The notes under the pieces are model-generated. The model was not told the origin of the DNA and did no database searches. It worked only from the letters and a program-made list of their open reading frames with translations. From the sequence record NC_025447.1: 64,000 nt of DNA; one strand, 5' to 3'. This document shows positions 34,600 to 44,846 of the stretch, piece by piece. The position numbers and the translations under genes were made by a program. Every line of letters begins with the position of its first letter. The first letter of the stretch is position 1.

Positions 34600-34807
34600 C
34601 ATCACATTACAAGAAAGGTTCATACGCATCAACTATGCAATTTCCAAATTAGATGCTACAATAGGATTTCAAAGTCTACCATTCAAAACAAGAATGATAT
34701 TAGAGTGTGAAGCCAAGTTAGGTGTACTGTTAGGGACGCAACACCAACAACGATATGTGGAAATCTGGATTGACCTTTTAACCCAAAATATATATGAGAG
34801 AATGTAA
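34592..34807 (+). CDS. Family B small protein
   Basis: GTQHQQ. Confidence 0.8.
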   Translation: MINITLQERFIRINYAISKLDATIGFQSLPFKTRMILECEAKLGVLLGTQHQQRYVEIWIDLLTQNIYERM

Positions 34808-35044
34808 ATGCAAAATGAAATGATATACTTAACACCTGCTGAGTTAACAGAAAGACTAGTTAAATCCAGAAGATATACAAATCAACTTCCTCACAACCCA
34901 AACCAGACCCCAGCCGAAAGGAGTGCAGAAGTTTTATTCCAATCACTACCATACCTTCTTGGAACTAATAGACAAGAGTATCATATCGAACGTATAATTA
35001 AATATCTTAAAATTACTATTAAGGAAAAAGTAAATGCAAAATGA
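34808..35044 (+). CDS. Family B small protein
   Basis: GTNRQE; recent duplicate of next gene. Confidence 0.8.
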   Translation: MQNEMIYLTPAELTERLVKSRRYTNQLPHNPNQTPAERSAEVLFQSLPYLLGTNRQEYHIERIIKYLKITIKEKVNAK

Positions 35045-35279
35045 AATGATATACTTAACATATAATGAATACGTCGAGAGATTAGTTAGTGCCAAGAGAT
35101 ATGCCAATCAACTTCCTAATGATCCAAACCAAACCCCAGAGGAAAAGAATGCGGAAGCTCTATTCCAAGCACTACCATACCTTCTTGGAACTGATAGGCA
35201 GGAGTATCACGTTGAACGTATAATTAAATCTCTTAAAATCACTATTAAGGAAAAGATACATGAAACACTTGACAGATGA
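35034..35279 (+). CDS. Family B small protein
   Basis: GTDRQE. Confidence 0.8.
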   Translation: MQNEMIYLTYNEYVERLVSAKRYANQLPNDPNQTPEEKNAEALFQALPYLLGTDRQEYHVERIIKSLKITIKEKIHETLDR

Positions 35280-35490
35280 TGAACATGGGCTTATAGTAAT
35301 GGATGTAATCAACATCGAATACAAAAAGTTGATACGCTACCGTTGTTATGAAGATAAGCAACTAGTTCTAGCAGAACAGAAGTTGTTTCGACTCTTAAAC
35401 ACAAACTACCAAGCACAATACGAAGAATCGTATATGTACCTTTTGGCGAGGAAAGCAAAAAGAGATTATGAAAATTTTAAGCAAAGGTGA
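35260..35490 (+). CDS. Family B small protein
   Basis: NTNYQA. Confidence 0.8.
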   Translation: MKHLTDDEHGLIVMDVINIEYKKLIRYRCYEDKQLVLAEQKLFRLLNTNYQAQYEESYMYLLARKAKRDYENFKQR

Positions 35491-35689
35491 TTCAGTAATA
35501 TTACTTATAGAGAGTTCAAGTAAATTCTTAAACATAACACTGTCTGATATAGATGAAGATGATAAAGAAGTACTGAGAGCAGATTTAAGAGTACTGTTAC
35601 ATCTCGGAACAAACCTACAAGAAGAATATGTAGAGTGCTACATCAATGAACTTAAAGAATCAGTACTGAGAAGATGCAAATGCAAATGA
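35468..35689 (+). CDS. Family B small protein
   Basis: GTNLQE. Confidence 0.8.
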   Translation: MKILSKGDSVILLIESSSKFLNITLSDIDEDDKEVLRADLRVLLHLGTNLQEEYVECYINELKESVLRRCKCK

Positions 35690-35907
35690 AAATGATTACC
35701 GACGAAGAATACCTAACAATTATAAATGGATTGTTTTTGAAGTTGTTTGTTATTAACACATCAGATATACCAGATATGGATAAAATTATTAAGAGAAATG
35801 AAATCTATGTTCTAGCTACCCTGGGAACTAACTATCAAGAATACGATATTAATGATTATATTAATACACTTAAACGAGCGATTGAACTAAAATGCCAAAA
35901 CCACTAG
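35686..35907 (+). CDS. Family B small protein
   Basis: GTNYQE. Confidence 0.8.
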   Translation: MKMITDEEYLTIINGLFLKLFVINTSDIPDMDKIIKRNEIYVLATLGTNYQEYDINDYINTLKRAIELKCQNH

Positions 35908-36107
35908 GAACAGCAGAATACATTGAACTCATGGGATTACACTTCTCATCCTTTCAGAAACTTATGCGAGAATCAAAGAATGATTTAGAATATACCATCA
36001 GAGGTTCAGATTTAAGAATGCTTCTCACCCTAGACACAGATTCCCAAGAGCGTTTTGTCAATGAGCACATTAGAGCACTTTTAATGGAAATTCAAAGTAA
36101 ACTATGA
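35892..36107 (+). CDS. Family B small protein
   Basis: DTDSQE. Confidence 0.8.
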   Translation: MPKPLGTAEYIELMGLHFSSFQKLMRESKNDLEYTIRGSDLRMLLTLDTDSQERFVNEHIRALLMEIQSKL

Positions 36108-36319
36108 AGGTAATATCAAACCAAGAGTACTTGGCACTATTCAGGAAGAATAATCACAAATATATGGCACTTGATTCAAGAACTGATATAAGTGAACTTG
36201 AAAAAAATCTTTTGCGTTCAGAGATGATAGTACTGACACTCTTAGGAACACAGCATCAAGAAAGAACTGTTAATTCACACATAGAAATACTTAAGAAGCT
36301 TATACAGGAAAAGTTATGA
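36104..36319 (+). CDS. Family B small protein
   Basis: GTQHQE. Confidence 0.8.
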   Translation: MKVISNQEYLALFRKNNHKYMALDSRTDISELEKNLLRSEMIVLTLLGTQHQERTVNSHIEILKKLIQEKL

Positions 36320-36537
36320 GAATCATAACACAACAAGATATTCTTAAGTTCACAAGGGTTCATGCATCTGAATTTGATGCTATATTATCAAAAAGTTACA
36401 ACAACCCTTATACAGAAGATGTACACTACAATGAATTATGGGTGTATATACTTTTAGGTACAGATCATCAAGAGCAAGCCGTACAGAGGTATTTGAGTGC
36501 TTTAAGTACTGCTACTGCTAATGGAGTATGTGTTTAA
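36316..36537 (+). CDS. Family B small protein
   Basis: GTDHQE. Confidence 0.8.
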   Translation: MRIITQQDILKFTRVHASEFDAILSKSYNNPYTEDVHYNELWVYILLGTDHQEQAVQRYLSALSTATANGVCV

Positions 36538-36538
36538 T

Positions 36539-36781
36539 ATGAAAGTACTATCTGAATTAGAAATGCATAATAGATTATACAAGTACTACCATTTACTTAA
36601 ACCTATACAGAGGATTAAGTGTCCCTTTGAAGTGAAACAGGTTTTAATTTATGAGCATAAGTTCTTTGTATCATTAGGTACGAACCATCAAGAGTACTTT
36701 TTGAAGTTGTACTTGATTACATTAATAGATTTAATTCACTATAAAACCAAACAAGCTAATAAAGAGAAATATGAAAACTAA
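36539..36781 (+). CDS. Family B small protein
   Basis: GTNHQE; start corrected. Confidence 0.8.
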   Translation: MKVLSELEMHNRLYKYYHLLKPIQRIKCPFEVKQVLIYEHKFFVSLGTNHQEYFLKLYLITLIDLIHYKTKQANKEKYEN

Positions 36782-37112
36782 AATTCAACTCAGGGTATAC
36801 ATATCGTATGAAAATATATACGTTAAAAGTAGTCTATGTAAAGATGTAATGGACTACAAAGGTAAACCATTCACAGTTACTTACAGTTTAACAGGAGGTT
36901 TATATATCTCTTTTGCTAATTACGAAAATAATATGTACGAACACATTGACATTGAAGATTTAAGTACTTTATCACCAGAGGAATACTTTCAGGAATCATT
37001 AGTATGGGATTTAGAGTTTCCTATGCCATTAGTACATAAGATGATAGTACTAATGAAAGAATCTAAACAGGAGCCTAATGGTGATTATGAAGAACACATT
37101 ATTGAGTATTAA
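36771..37112 (+). CDS. Family C protein
   Basis: EEYFQESLVWD. Confidence 0.75.
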   Translation: MKTKIQLRVYISYENIYVKSSLCKDVMDYKGKPFTVTYSLTGGLYISFANYENNMYEHIDIEDLSTLSPEEYFQESLVWDLEFPMPLVHKMIVLMKESKQEPNGDYEEHIIEY

Positions 37113-37144
37113 GAGTTCTGATAGTACTGATAGTACAAATGTTC

Positions 37145-37173
37145 TTGACAGTACTTTTCATTACTGATATAGT
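37145..37173 (+). promoter_or_regulatory. sigma70-type promoter
   Basis: TTGACA-17-TATAGT with TGn extension. Confidence 0.7.
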
Positions 37174-37202
37174 GCACCAACGTTAATCATAGGGTACAGA
37201 TT

Positions 37203-37448
37203 ATGTTAAAATTTTTAAATTTCCTTATCGTCTTGTGTATTGTTCTTGGAATTGCACCGTTTGTATTAGCGTATCTGGATTCAGATGAAATGCAGAAGAT
37301 GAATTGCACAAAGACAGGACAGAGTAGAGAAGAGACGGTTATGATGCCTGTAACGGTTATTGTGAATAACATACCAATTACGAACATGATTCCTACCCTA
37401 ACGACAACGTACCAGTACTCTTGTACAGATGGAGAGAGGTGGAGATGA
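37203..37448 (+). CDS. Small membrane-anchored protein
   Basis: N-terminal TM FLNFLIVLCIVLGIAPFVLA; two further Cys in the C-domain. Confidence 0.7.
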   Translation: MLKFLNFLIVLCIVLGIAPFVLAYLDSDEMQKMNCTKTGQSREETVMMPVTVIVNNIPITNMIPTLTTTYQYSCTDGERWR

Positions 37449-37765
37449 AATTTAATATAGCAAAAACATCGAATGTATGTATATTTGGTTATGCAGATGA
37501 GTTAGGTGATATTGACATTCTTTTGTACAAAAAGGATGGTGTTATGCATTTCAAGTACCAGGATGAAGAGGCAGACAATTATCCTTTACCTAATTTAGTA
37601 CAAATGCAGGAAGAGGAATTATTCCAGTACAGCTTAGTATATGACATTGATATTTGCACGATGCCAGTACTAATTAATATTCAAAAAGTGATGCTCGATG
37701 TGTTTGATAGGCTAATACAAGGCACACAAGGAAGAACCATATATGTCAATGTACAAGACAATTAA
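37445..37765 (+). CDS. Family C protein
   Basis: EEELFQYSLVYD; start corrected. Confidence 0.75.
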   Translation: MKFNIAKTSNVCIFGYADELGDIDILLYKKDGVMHFKYQDEEADNYPLPNLVQMQEEELFQYSLVYDIDICTMPVLINIQKVMLDVFDRLIQGTQGRTIYVNVQDN

Positions 37766-37958
37766 TCAAGAATGGAAGACCCAAAAGTACAGGGAATTCA
37801 GTACTAGTTTAACAAAAGATGCATTGAATTTAAAAAGAACAGAGTTTGATATGTTTATTTTTCTTGGAACACGTTCACAGGAACAATACATTCATTATTA
37901 TATAAGTTCATTGCGAACGGAGATCGTATGCAAAACACAGGGTATTATAAAAAAGTAA
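37743..37958 (+). CDS. Family B small protein
   Basis: GTRSQE. Confidence 0.75.
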   Translation: MSMYKTINQEWKTQKYREFSTSLTKDALNLKRTEFDMFIFLGTRSQEQYIHYYISSLRTEIVCKTQGIIKK

Positions 37959-38194
37959 ACCAATATTTGTACGCTACAAAGTACAGGGATTTTTGTTTAA
38001 AGGGTGGTGATGAAGATTTTTCTTTGCGATTATCAGAATTTAATCTGTTATTTTATCTTGGTACATCGGAACAAGAAGAAATGGCACAGAAATTTATCAA
38101 GCACCTTGAACAAAAAATTCATATGCAAATTTTGATGCTTAAGGTACATAATGAGATAAACAAATATGAACCCAACAATAGTACAGGATCTTAA
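37928..38194 (+). CDS. Family B small protein
   Basis: GTSEQE. Confidence 0.75.
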   Translation: MQNTGYYKKVNQYLYATKYRDFCLKGGDEDFSLRLSEFNLLFYLGTSEQEEMAQKFIKHLEQKIHMQILMLKVHNEINKYEPNNSTGS

Positions 38195-38552
38195 ACAAGT
38201 AATATTCCTTTTGAATACAAGAAGTGAATTGTATACAGAGTTAGAAGAGATTAATGCATTTTATCAGAATTTTGTAATTCAAGAGTTCAGTGATTTAATT
38301 ACAGATGCATTATTTGAATTCTCGGAGAAATACAAAGGAACAGAGTTCAGTGTTAAGAATGTTATTCGTCCAATTACAAGGAAAATTATATTATCACATT
38401 TTACATTTGACAATAAAGATTTATTCAGTCATAATCCAAGTACAGCTTTATATTTTATTCCTGATTCAGACAAAAATCATCCTATTCATTACGGATGGAT
38501 TTTGTCGTACATAGTACAAGGAAAGGAGTATCCTATTAAATGGAACGATTAG
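38166..38552 (+). CDS. Hypothetical protein
   Basis: 128 aa ORF in operon. Confidence 0.65.
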   Translation: MNPTIVQDLKQVIFLLNTRSELYTELEEINAFYQNFVIQEFSDLITDALFEFSEKYKGTEFSVKNVIRPITRKIILSHFTFDNKDLFSHNPSTALYFIPDSDKNHPIHYGWILSYIVQGKEYPIKWND

Positions 38553-38701
38553 GGCGATTAGATTATTACACAATTAATACAAATTATTTGTTGCGTAATA
38601 TAAAATCCGATTACAAAATATGGATAAAGAACAGAGATAGTATGTGTTATGAATTTTATTTAGATTATGCCATCAAACGCTTTTTAAGAGAAGAACATTA
38701 A
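38540..38701 (+). CDS. Small hypothetical protein (53 aa, not in track)
   Basis: AGGAG RBS; MERLGRLDYY... Confidence 0.55.
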   Translation: MERLGRLDYYTINTNYLLRNIKSDYKIWIKNRDSMCYEFYLDYAIKRFLREEH

Positions 38702-38892
38702 TGCACACCACGCACACAGAGCACAAAAATACAAAAACGATAAATGTTTTAAATGATTCTTTATTGGTGAGTATAAATTTATATTATAAAATTCATTTAA
38801 ATGGTGGTATTGAAAATTTTAGTTATTATTTGAGTACAATATCGCAAGAGCATTTAATATACCAAGATCATTTATTGCACCCGAATCCATAA
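38701..38892 (+). CDS. Hypothetical protein
   Basis: TAATG coupling only. Confidence 0.45.
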   Translation: MHTTHTEHKNTKTINVLNDSLLVSINLYYKIHLNGGIENFSYYLSTISQEHLIYQDHLLHPNP

Positions 38893-38900
38893 GGCAAATT

Positions 38901-39446
38901 ATGAATGATATAGAATTATTAGCACACAAGATTAGTACAATAATGCTTATCCTCAATAACAACCATCCTATATCGAAGATAGATGGAATCCTGAGTCAGA
39001 GGACAGGTGGTAGTTTATATTTGACATTAACAGAGGTTATCGCAAGGAATTACATTGATATTGAAATCGAGAACAGTGATGCATCAGGAAAGGTTGATGT
39101 AGGTGCATTAATCAGTTCAAATCCAGTATCAGCATCCCCATTGACCAAAGGTGTTAGTACAGGATTCGAAGGGTATTTGTGGTACAATACCAATGATGAT
39201 TATTTTATATATCAGCATTCCAATACAAATTATGATGAAGACAAATTTCAGTTCATAGACCCTTATGATGAAGCTGAAGTATTTCAAAAATCATTAATCA
39301 CAAAACCGCATGAGATGATGTATCTAATGTTATTCAGTACAATGCATTTGAATCCATTAATTAAAGGTTTAAAATTTTATATTCAATTGAATTTAGTCCA
39401 TGTAGTTTATGATTTATTAATGCAAGGATATAGTTATGAAGTATAA
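38901..39446 (+). CDS. Family C protein
   Basis: EAEVFQKSLI. Confidence 0.75.
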   Translation: MNDIELLAHKISTIMLILNNNHPISKIDGILSQRTGGSLYLTLTEVIARNYIDIEIENSDASGKVDVGALISSNPVSASPLTKGVSTGFEGYLWYNTNDDYFIYQHSNTNYDEDKFQFIDPYDEAEVFQKSLITKPHEMMYLMLFSTMHLNPLIKGLKFYIQLNLVHVVYDLLMQGYSYEV

Positions 39447-39753
39447 AATGCTTAATACAGTATCAGGGGTATATGTAGAATTAGAATCCGATTATTCAGA
39501 TGGATGGAATTTTATTAAACGACACGATAGAAATACATGGTACATGGCACATTTGGATAATGACGTAATAATAGATAATTTTGTCGATTTTAATACATTA
39601 TCAGAAGAAGAATTTTTCCAAATGCAATTTGTGCTTGATACAAATGGATTTGATTTGCTATTATTAAGGAATATTCAGAAAGCGGTTAATGAATTCATAA
39701 TCCAAAATAATTCAGGTAAAATGGGGATGTTCCATGATCTGGAAGTACAATGA
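39436..39753 (+). CDS. Family C protein
   Basis: EEEFFQMQFVLD. Confidence 0.75.
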   Translation: MKYKMLNTVSGVYVELESDYSDGWNFIKRHDRNTWYMAHLDNDVIIDNFVDFNTLSEEEFFQMQFVLDTNGFDLLLLRNIQKAVNEFIIQNNSGKMGMFHDLEVQ

Positions 39754-40291
39754 AATTCAGTACACCTACGCTAATGCAATCCTTATGGGACAAAAGTTAG
39801 CTTGTATTGTTGCAGCCTTATATAATGCCCAGAAATATCACAAGCGTCATTTCCACAAATGTATTGGTATTATTCCATCGAAGTACAATACATATATTGC
39901 GTGCACGAGTCATTTTGATAAACGATTCAATACACCTGATACCCCAAATGCCAGTAGTGTTATTGGTCTTTTGGATTTCGCACCTGGTGCTGTTATTGGA
40001 AAGAATGATTTAGAGTACACATGGTATAATAAAAATGCCCCGTTAGTAATGGTAAAATATGATACAGAAACGAATAAAACAATAGAGTACAATACATATA
40101 AATCAGAGGAAGAATTTTTCCAAGGTTCATTGCTTGTGCCAGTGCGTTTGTTGTTTTATAATGTCCTTATTAGTACAGTACACAATAGTCCATTACACAA
40201 GAATCACAAAATTAATTTCAATTTTTGTGCTTATGCGATTGATGGTGTGTATGAGTGTTTAATGGAGGTATTGAGTTATGAAGCTGAATAA
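39734..40291 (+). CDS. Family C protein
   Basis: EEEFFQGSLL; similar to 38901. Confidence 0.75.
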   Translation: MIWKYNEIQYTYANAILMGQKLACIVAALYNAQKYHKRHFHKCIGIIPSKYNTYIACTSHFDKRFNTPDTPNASSVIGLLDFAPGAVIGKNDLEYTWYNKNAPLVMVKYDTETNKTIEYNTYKSEEEFFQGSLLVPVRLLFYNVLISTVHNSPLHKNHKINFNFCAYAIDGVYECLMEVLSYEAE

Positions 40292-40619
40292 TACATTTGA
40301 TATTAATAAGTTAAGAGAATGGTTTTATAGTATTGAAATTGAAGCCATCCCGTATCATAGATATGAACAATATAATTTAACCAGTATTGATATCAGTGAG
40401 TTGTACGCGTATTATCAAAGTGCATTAGAGATGCATAAGTTATTTTTGAGTACAGATTTTGTTCTAAATTACAATTTTGAGGAATTTAATAATTATAATT
40501 TAGTACAGAAATATGTAGTAGCAAAGTATATGTACCTTCAAGGAATTACAAGTAATTTGGAATTCAATACAGTCCTTGCTTTAGTTGAGGTAATTTTATG
40601 CAGTACATGTATGATTTAG
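40278..40619 (+). CDS. Hypothetical protein
   Basis: GGAGG RBS. Confidence 0.65.
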   Translation: MKLNNTFDINKLREWFYSIEIEAIPYHRYEQYNLTSIDISELYAYYQSALEMHKLFLSTDFVLNYNFEEFNNYNLVQKYVVAKYMYLQGITSNLEFNTVLALVEVILCSTCMI

Positions 40620-41104
40620 AGTTCAGCTTAGATGCTGCATTTAAATATGTTCACAAGATAGAAACAATATACAGTACATTATGTGCAATACAATCAGTAT
40701 CATCTGAGTTTGATGTTGGTGAAAAATATCAGGTATGGAATAATACATTTCTAAACAAAGAACGTTGCTCTACGGGGTTTAATATTTTAACATTTAATCC
40801 CAGCAATTGTTACCCAGAGAAGCATGAACGTTATCCGAATGACGACATGTGGTTTGATTACACAAAAGATGGTGATATGTCATCCCTTGTAGTTCCTGAT
40901 GATTTTAATGCCGAAGATTTAACGGAAGAGTGGTGGTTTCAACAGAATTTAGTACACGATGATATTGATTTATTTTTTTATGTAGTATTTAAAATGCTTT
41001 ACCACAACAATATATTAAAAGATAGTGTGTTTTTTTCATGTCTATATATTGATGATTTGTACAATGAAATCCAAATCAACATTCCCAGCACGCCTGTATC
41101 GTAA
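40598..41104 (+). CDS. Family C protein
   Basis: EEWWFQQNLVHD. Confidence 0.75.
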   Translation: MQYMYDLEFSLDAAFKYVHKIETIYSTLCAIQSVSSEFDVGEKYQVWNNTFLNKERCSTGFNILTFNPSNCYPEKHERYPNDDMWFDYTKDGDMSSLVVPDDFNAEDLTEEWWFQQNLVHDDIDLFFYVVFKMLYHNNILKDSVFFSCLYIDDLYNEIQINIPSTPVS

Positions 41105-41129
41105 GATATGGGCTTTTTTCGTTTTGGTA

Positions 41130-41158
41130 TTGACAAAGAAGTGCAAAGCTGTTATCAT
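41130..41158 (+). promoter_or_regulatory. sigma70-type promoter
   Basis: TTGACA-17-TATCAT with TGn. Confidence 0.7.
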
Positions 41159-41186
41159 GTGTAATCATTTTAAAGGAGAACATATA

Positions 41187-41687
41187 GTGAGTTTCATAAT
41201 CCCAAGTACATACGAAGATGCATCAAGTGCAGTTCATAAGATTCATTATATTTTTAATTTAATTATTAGATCTGCAAAAATTAAAATGTATGCACCTCTT
41301 GTGACAAATAATCGAAATGAAGAAATTTTTATTAGCACAGACAAAATTATTTTTCCATATTTCAATGAAGATAGATTGTGGTTCATACATTTAGCTGCAT
41401 TACAAAAATATAAGATGTCAATTCGTAATAATTTGGTTATACCGTTATATCATCCCGATATTGGAGAGGATGAGTATTTTCAGTACAGCACAGTACACCA
41501 CCATGAAGATATCTTTGCTGCTATGCTTATTGCTAAATTGAACACCGTTGATTTGGAGCAGTACAAATACAATAATAAATCATGTAAGATCATAATCCCT
41601 GCATTCATAGCTCTTTATGATTATGTGGTGCATAACAAAAAAGATGATACATATGCTTTCAATGAAGAGTATTTGAATTTTTTTTAA
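41187..41687 (+). CDS. Family C protein
   Basis: GTG start after AAGGAG; EDEYFQYSTVH. Confidence 0.75.
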   Translation: MSFIIPSTYEDASSAVHKIHYIFNLIIRSAKIKMYAPLVTNNRNEEIFISTDKIIFPYFNEDRLWFIHLAALQKYKMSIRNNLVIPLYHPDIGEDEYFQYSTVHHHEDIFAAMLIAKLNTVDLEQYKYNNKSCKIIIPAFIALYDYVVHNKKDDTYAFNEEYLNFF

Positions 41688-41696
41688 GGAGAACAT

Positions 41697-42224
41697 ATGA
41701 GCAGTGACGTGCAGAAATCAATGACATTCAATGAAATTGGTGCATTTAAAGATAAGATCATTGATTGTCTTGAATACATGATTTGTAGTAATATCGAAAG
41801 TATCGAGATATTTAACAAGACAAATCGCTCTTACCATATGATGTACATTGCAAACAATAATGGTATCATTCCATTTATTTCGGATAGTACAATATGGTAC
41901 GCATGTGATACGAAAAAAACCACAATAGGTTTACATTTATTTGAGACACATTATGATCTAATTATTCCTGAACATTGTATGCAAGAAGAAGAATATTTTC
42001 AAATGCAATGTATACATTCACCATTAGTGTTGTTTAGTTTATATATTATACCTTATATCACCAAATGTGTTCATGAGAATAAAGCTCCGTGGAATCATGA
42101 ATTTGTATCGTTGAAGTTATTGTATAATGTATTAGTAGAATATTATGATTACAGGCACAATGGTACAATCAGTGATGTATGGGATTTTGAATCGCTAAGG
42201 GTGAAAACATACACAGGTGAATGA
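41697..42224 (+). CDS. Family C protein
   Basis: EEEYFQMQCIH. Confidence 0.75.
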   Translation: MSSDVQKSMTFNEIGAFKDKIIDCLEYMICSNIESIEIFNKTNRSYHMMYIANNNGIIPFISDSTIWYACDTKKTTIGLHLFETHYDLIIPEHCMQEEEYFQMQCIHSPLVLFSLYIIPYITKCVHENKAPWNHEFVSLKLLYNVLVEYYDYRHNGTISDVWDFESLRVKTYTGE

Positions 42225-42840
42225 TATGACCAGAATTAAAATGTATGATTTGATGCAGTACAGTAAAATTGCCATTCCAGTGCTTAATAAAGTGCTGGAT
42301 GCATTCATTGCCAAATACCCTGAGAATTCAGTGTTATGTATTCCATTTAGTGTTCCAGATAAAGATGATATATTCCAAGTGAATGTCAGTACACGTGGTA
42401 TTACATTGCAGCAGAAATACATGGATACGGAATATTATGGAATAAAGTTGGATTCAGTACAGGGTTCAAAATCAGCCTATGATTTTTTTGTTCCTAATAA
42501 TATAGAGTCATGGGAAACAAACATTTCAAAGAAAGATGAAAATGATGTTCCTATTAGTGGTGTGTTCAACAATAAAGTTTTTTATTATTACGAAACCGAC
42601 AAATTCCCTGAAGAGTTATATTACAATTCAGAAATGAGTGAGGATATAGATGCATTCATGTTTCAATTATCTTTAGTACATGATATCATTGATGTTCAAG
42701 AGTTAAGAGCAGAAATCAATTTAGCTAAAGAGTTATCGGACATGCTGCCACCGTTTAGTATGCTTTTTTGTGAAGGAGGTTATTTTTCAAAAGAAGTGTT
42801 TGAACATTTCGTAGATGTTGTAAAAGGGTTGGATATATAG
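42217..42840 (+). CDS. Family C protein
   Basis: DAFMFQLSLVHD. Confidence 0.75.
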   Translation: MNDMTRIKMYDLMQYSKIAIPVLNKVLDAFIAKYPENSVLCIPFSVPDKDDIFQVNVSTRGITLQQKYMDTEYYGIKLDSVQGSKSAYDFFVPNNIESWETNISKKDENDVPISGVFNNKVFYYYETDKFPEELYYNSEMSEDIDAFMFQLSLVHDIIDVQELRAEINLAKELSDMLPPFSMLFCEGGYFSKEVFEHFVDVVKGLDI

Positions 42841-42841
42841 T

Positions 42842-43036
42842 ATGCTTATAATTGATATTAAACAAAAATACCGTAAGTTTGATTGGTTCACCGATAGTTT
42901 CCAGCTTGAATTATTACATATGAATATCAGTGAAACATTATGTGCAGAAACACAAGATGAATTTGATGATAGAGTGATGAACATAGTAATGCTTTCTTGC
43001 TTTAAACATTTTGGTTATTTTTTCGGACAGAATTGA
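42842..43036 (+). CDS. Small hypothetical protein
   Basis: Fills operon gap. Confidence 0.55.
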   Translation: MLIIDIKQKYRKFDWFTDSFQLELLHMNISETLCAETQDEFDDRVMNIVMLSCFKHFGYFFGQN

Positions 43037-43045
43037 GGTAAAAAA

Positions 43046-43561
43046 ATGCATCAACACAAGCATCATTCATATGATTTTGCAATTAACATTATGAAGTTCA
43101 TTCGAGCGTTGGAGGATGGGAAGCTTAGTCATAAGTACAGGAAAGAGGGTAACAATTGGTTCAGAAATGATTCCGAGTTCAGTTGTCATAAAATCGTGTA
43201 TAGTAATCAGTACAGTGCCAATTACCTACAAGATGTAGTGATGTGTTTTGAATACGTGTTGCAGTTCAGGGGTTCAATCCAAGATGAGTTGATGGAGAAC
43301 ATGTACATCCGATACCTTCCAATGCTCAAAGATGAAAATGTATTATTAAATTCAATATACCAACGAGTTCGTGAAATTGAGTGCAGGGATATATTAGATA
43401 CAGAAGAATCGTATTTCCAGCATTCCCTGATTTATTCACCTGATTTATTACAGGTACATAATTTGTTTAATACATTACGTCAGAACATCAGTACAGACAT
43501 ATTTTTGTCATTATCGGATTATGATACATTTGTCAAAGATTTAGAGGAAATAGGTTTATGA
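43046..43561 (+). CDS. Family C protein
   Basis: EESYFQHSLIY. Confidence 0.75.
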   Translation: MHQHKHHSYDFAINIMKFIRALEDGKLSHKYRKEGNNWFRNDSEFSCHKIVYSNQYSANYLQDVVMCFEYVLQFRGSIQDELMENMYIRYLPMLKDENVLLNSIYQRVREIECRDILDTEESYFQHSLIYSPDLLQVHNLFNTLRQNISTDIFLSLSDYDTFVKDLEEIGL

Positions 43562-43899
43562 GTCGATTTTCGGTTTGTGTGGTAAACATAAAAAGTGATG
43601 GTAGTTTAATTGAATTAGATGTATATGATGATGATAATGCATATGGTATTAAAGTACAGGACAATGATGTGCAGTTCAGTTCAAGAACAAATTTTGAAAA
43701 TCCAGTCCAAGTTCCTAATTTCATAGAAGATGAAGCAGCACGTTTCCAATACGAAACGGCATATGACAATGTACATATGCATATTATTATGCAACAAAGT
43801 TTAGTTCAATTAGTTCCTTTGTTCAGACAAAATATATATGTACATGAATTGTCGATCAATGACGTTCGCAGTTCCGTATTGTTCGATACAAATATGTAA
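43558..43899 (+). CDS. Family C protein
   Basis: EAARFQYETAYD. Confidence 0.7.
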   Translation: MSRFSVCVVNIKSDGSLIELDVYDDDNAYGIKVQDNDVQFSSRTNFENPVQVPNFIEDEAARFQYETAYDNVHMHIIMQQSLVQLVPLFRQNIYVHELSINDVRSSVLFDTNM

Positions 43900-43909
43900 G
43901 GAAAGTACA

Positions 43910-44461
43910 ATGAGTTCAATGAGTTTATTAGATACATTAGAAAAAGACAGAAGTGCAATTAAGCGTTTAAAAGAGCAAGTACAAAAGATTGTATACAACG
44001 TTGATAAGTTTGAAGTCCCAGGAAGATTTGGTGATATTTCCCATACGGAGATCAAATCCCTTAAGTCAGATTTGTTGATTAAAAATAAAAATGGGTTGAT
44101 TTTAGTTTTGAGTTCAGATATGATGGGGGCAACACATAGTTATAATGCAGTATCGGTGCGTTCCGAGTGTGAAGGTATATATCTATCACAGGGTTTCAAT
44201 AGCGAGACACAGGTTTGTTTTTGTGATGCAGTACATGATCCTATGAAGTTCACGAGAAGTGAAGCCCAAGCGTTATTAGAGCTATCAGACGAGAGTTTGT
44301 TTCAGTACAGTACAATGTATGACAATGATAAGCTTCGTTGTATGTACGCTGTAAAGCATTATACACAGGAGTTTTCTGGATTTGCATACCTTTTAGTTAG
44401 AACCAATACCAGATATATTGATATGTTAGAAGATTACATCGATAAAGTTGTTAATGTATGA
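43910..44461 (+). CDS. Family C protein
   Basis: DESLFQYSTMYD; start corrected. Confidence 0.75.
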   Translation: MSSMSLLDTLEKDRSAIKRLKEQVQKIVYNVDKFEVPGRFGDISHTEIKSLKSDLLIKNKNGLILVLSSDMMGATHSYNAVSVRSECEGIYLSQGFNSETQVCFCDAVHDPMKFTRSEAQALLELSDESLFQYSTMYDNDKLRCMYAVKHYTQEFSGFAYLLVRTNTRYIDMLEDYIDKVVNV

Positions 44462-44476
44462 TTTTGTGATGGGATG

Positions 44477-44653
44477 ATGCTAATGAAAGAGTTATTTGAA
44501 GATCAGTTCAATACATATGTGGATAATATTCTTTATTCCAGTCGTGCCAGTCAACGAGGAAATCGTGCTTACAATATTGATTACCTATTGGTGGTGCTGA
44601 GTTCACAGTACACCAATGCGGTACAAAGGGTTTATTATGAAAAGTGCAAGTAA
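44477..44653 (+). CDS. Small hypothetical protein (58 aa, not in track)
   Basis: MLMKELFEDQFNTYVDNIL... Confidence 0.5.
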   Translation: MLMKELFEDQFNTYVDNILYSSRASQRGNRAYNIDYLLVVLSSQYTNAVQRVYYEKCK

Positions 44654-44846
44654 TAGTGATATTGCAAAGGAGAAGTTTAAGTGCAGTTTAGATTACGGTT
44701 TAAATGATTTTCTTACATGCACAATGTACAGGAATGATGATTATGAGCAATCCGTAATTTCGTTGCACAGATATTTCGAAATAATTTACGCAAGATATCT
44801 TAGAAGGTTAGAGGGAATAGGGGATTGGAATTATGATTACGTTTGA
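44616..44846 (+). CDS. Small hypothetical protein
   Basis: ORF in operon; start uncertain. Confidence 0.55.
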   Translation: MRYKGFIMKSASNSDIAKEKFKCSLDYGLNDFLTCTMYRNDDYEQSVISLHRYFEIIYARYLRRLEGIGDWNYDYV

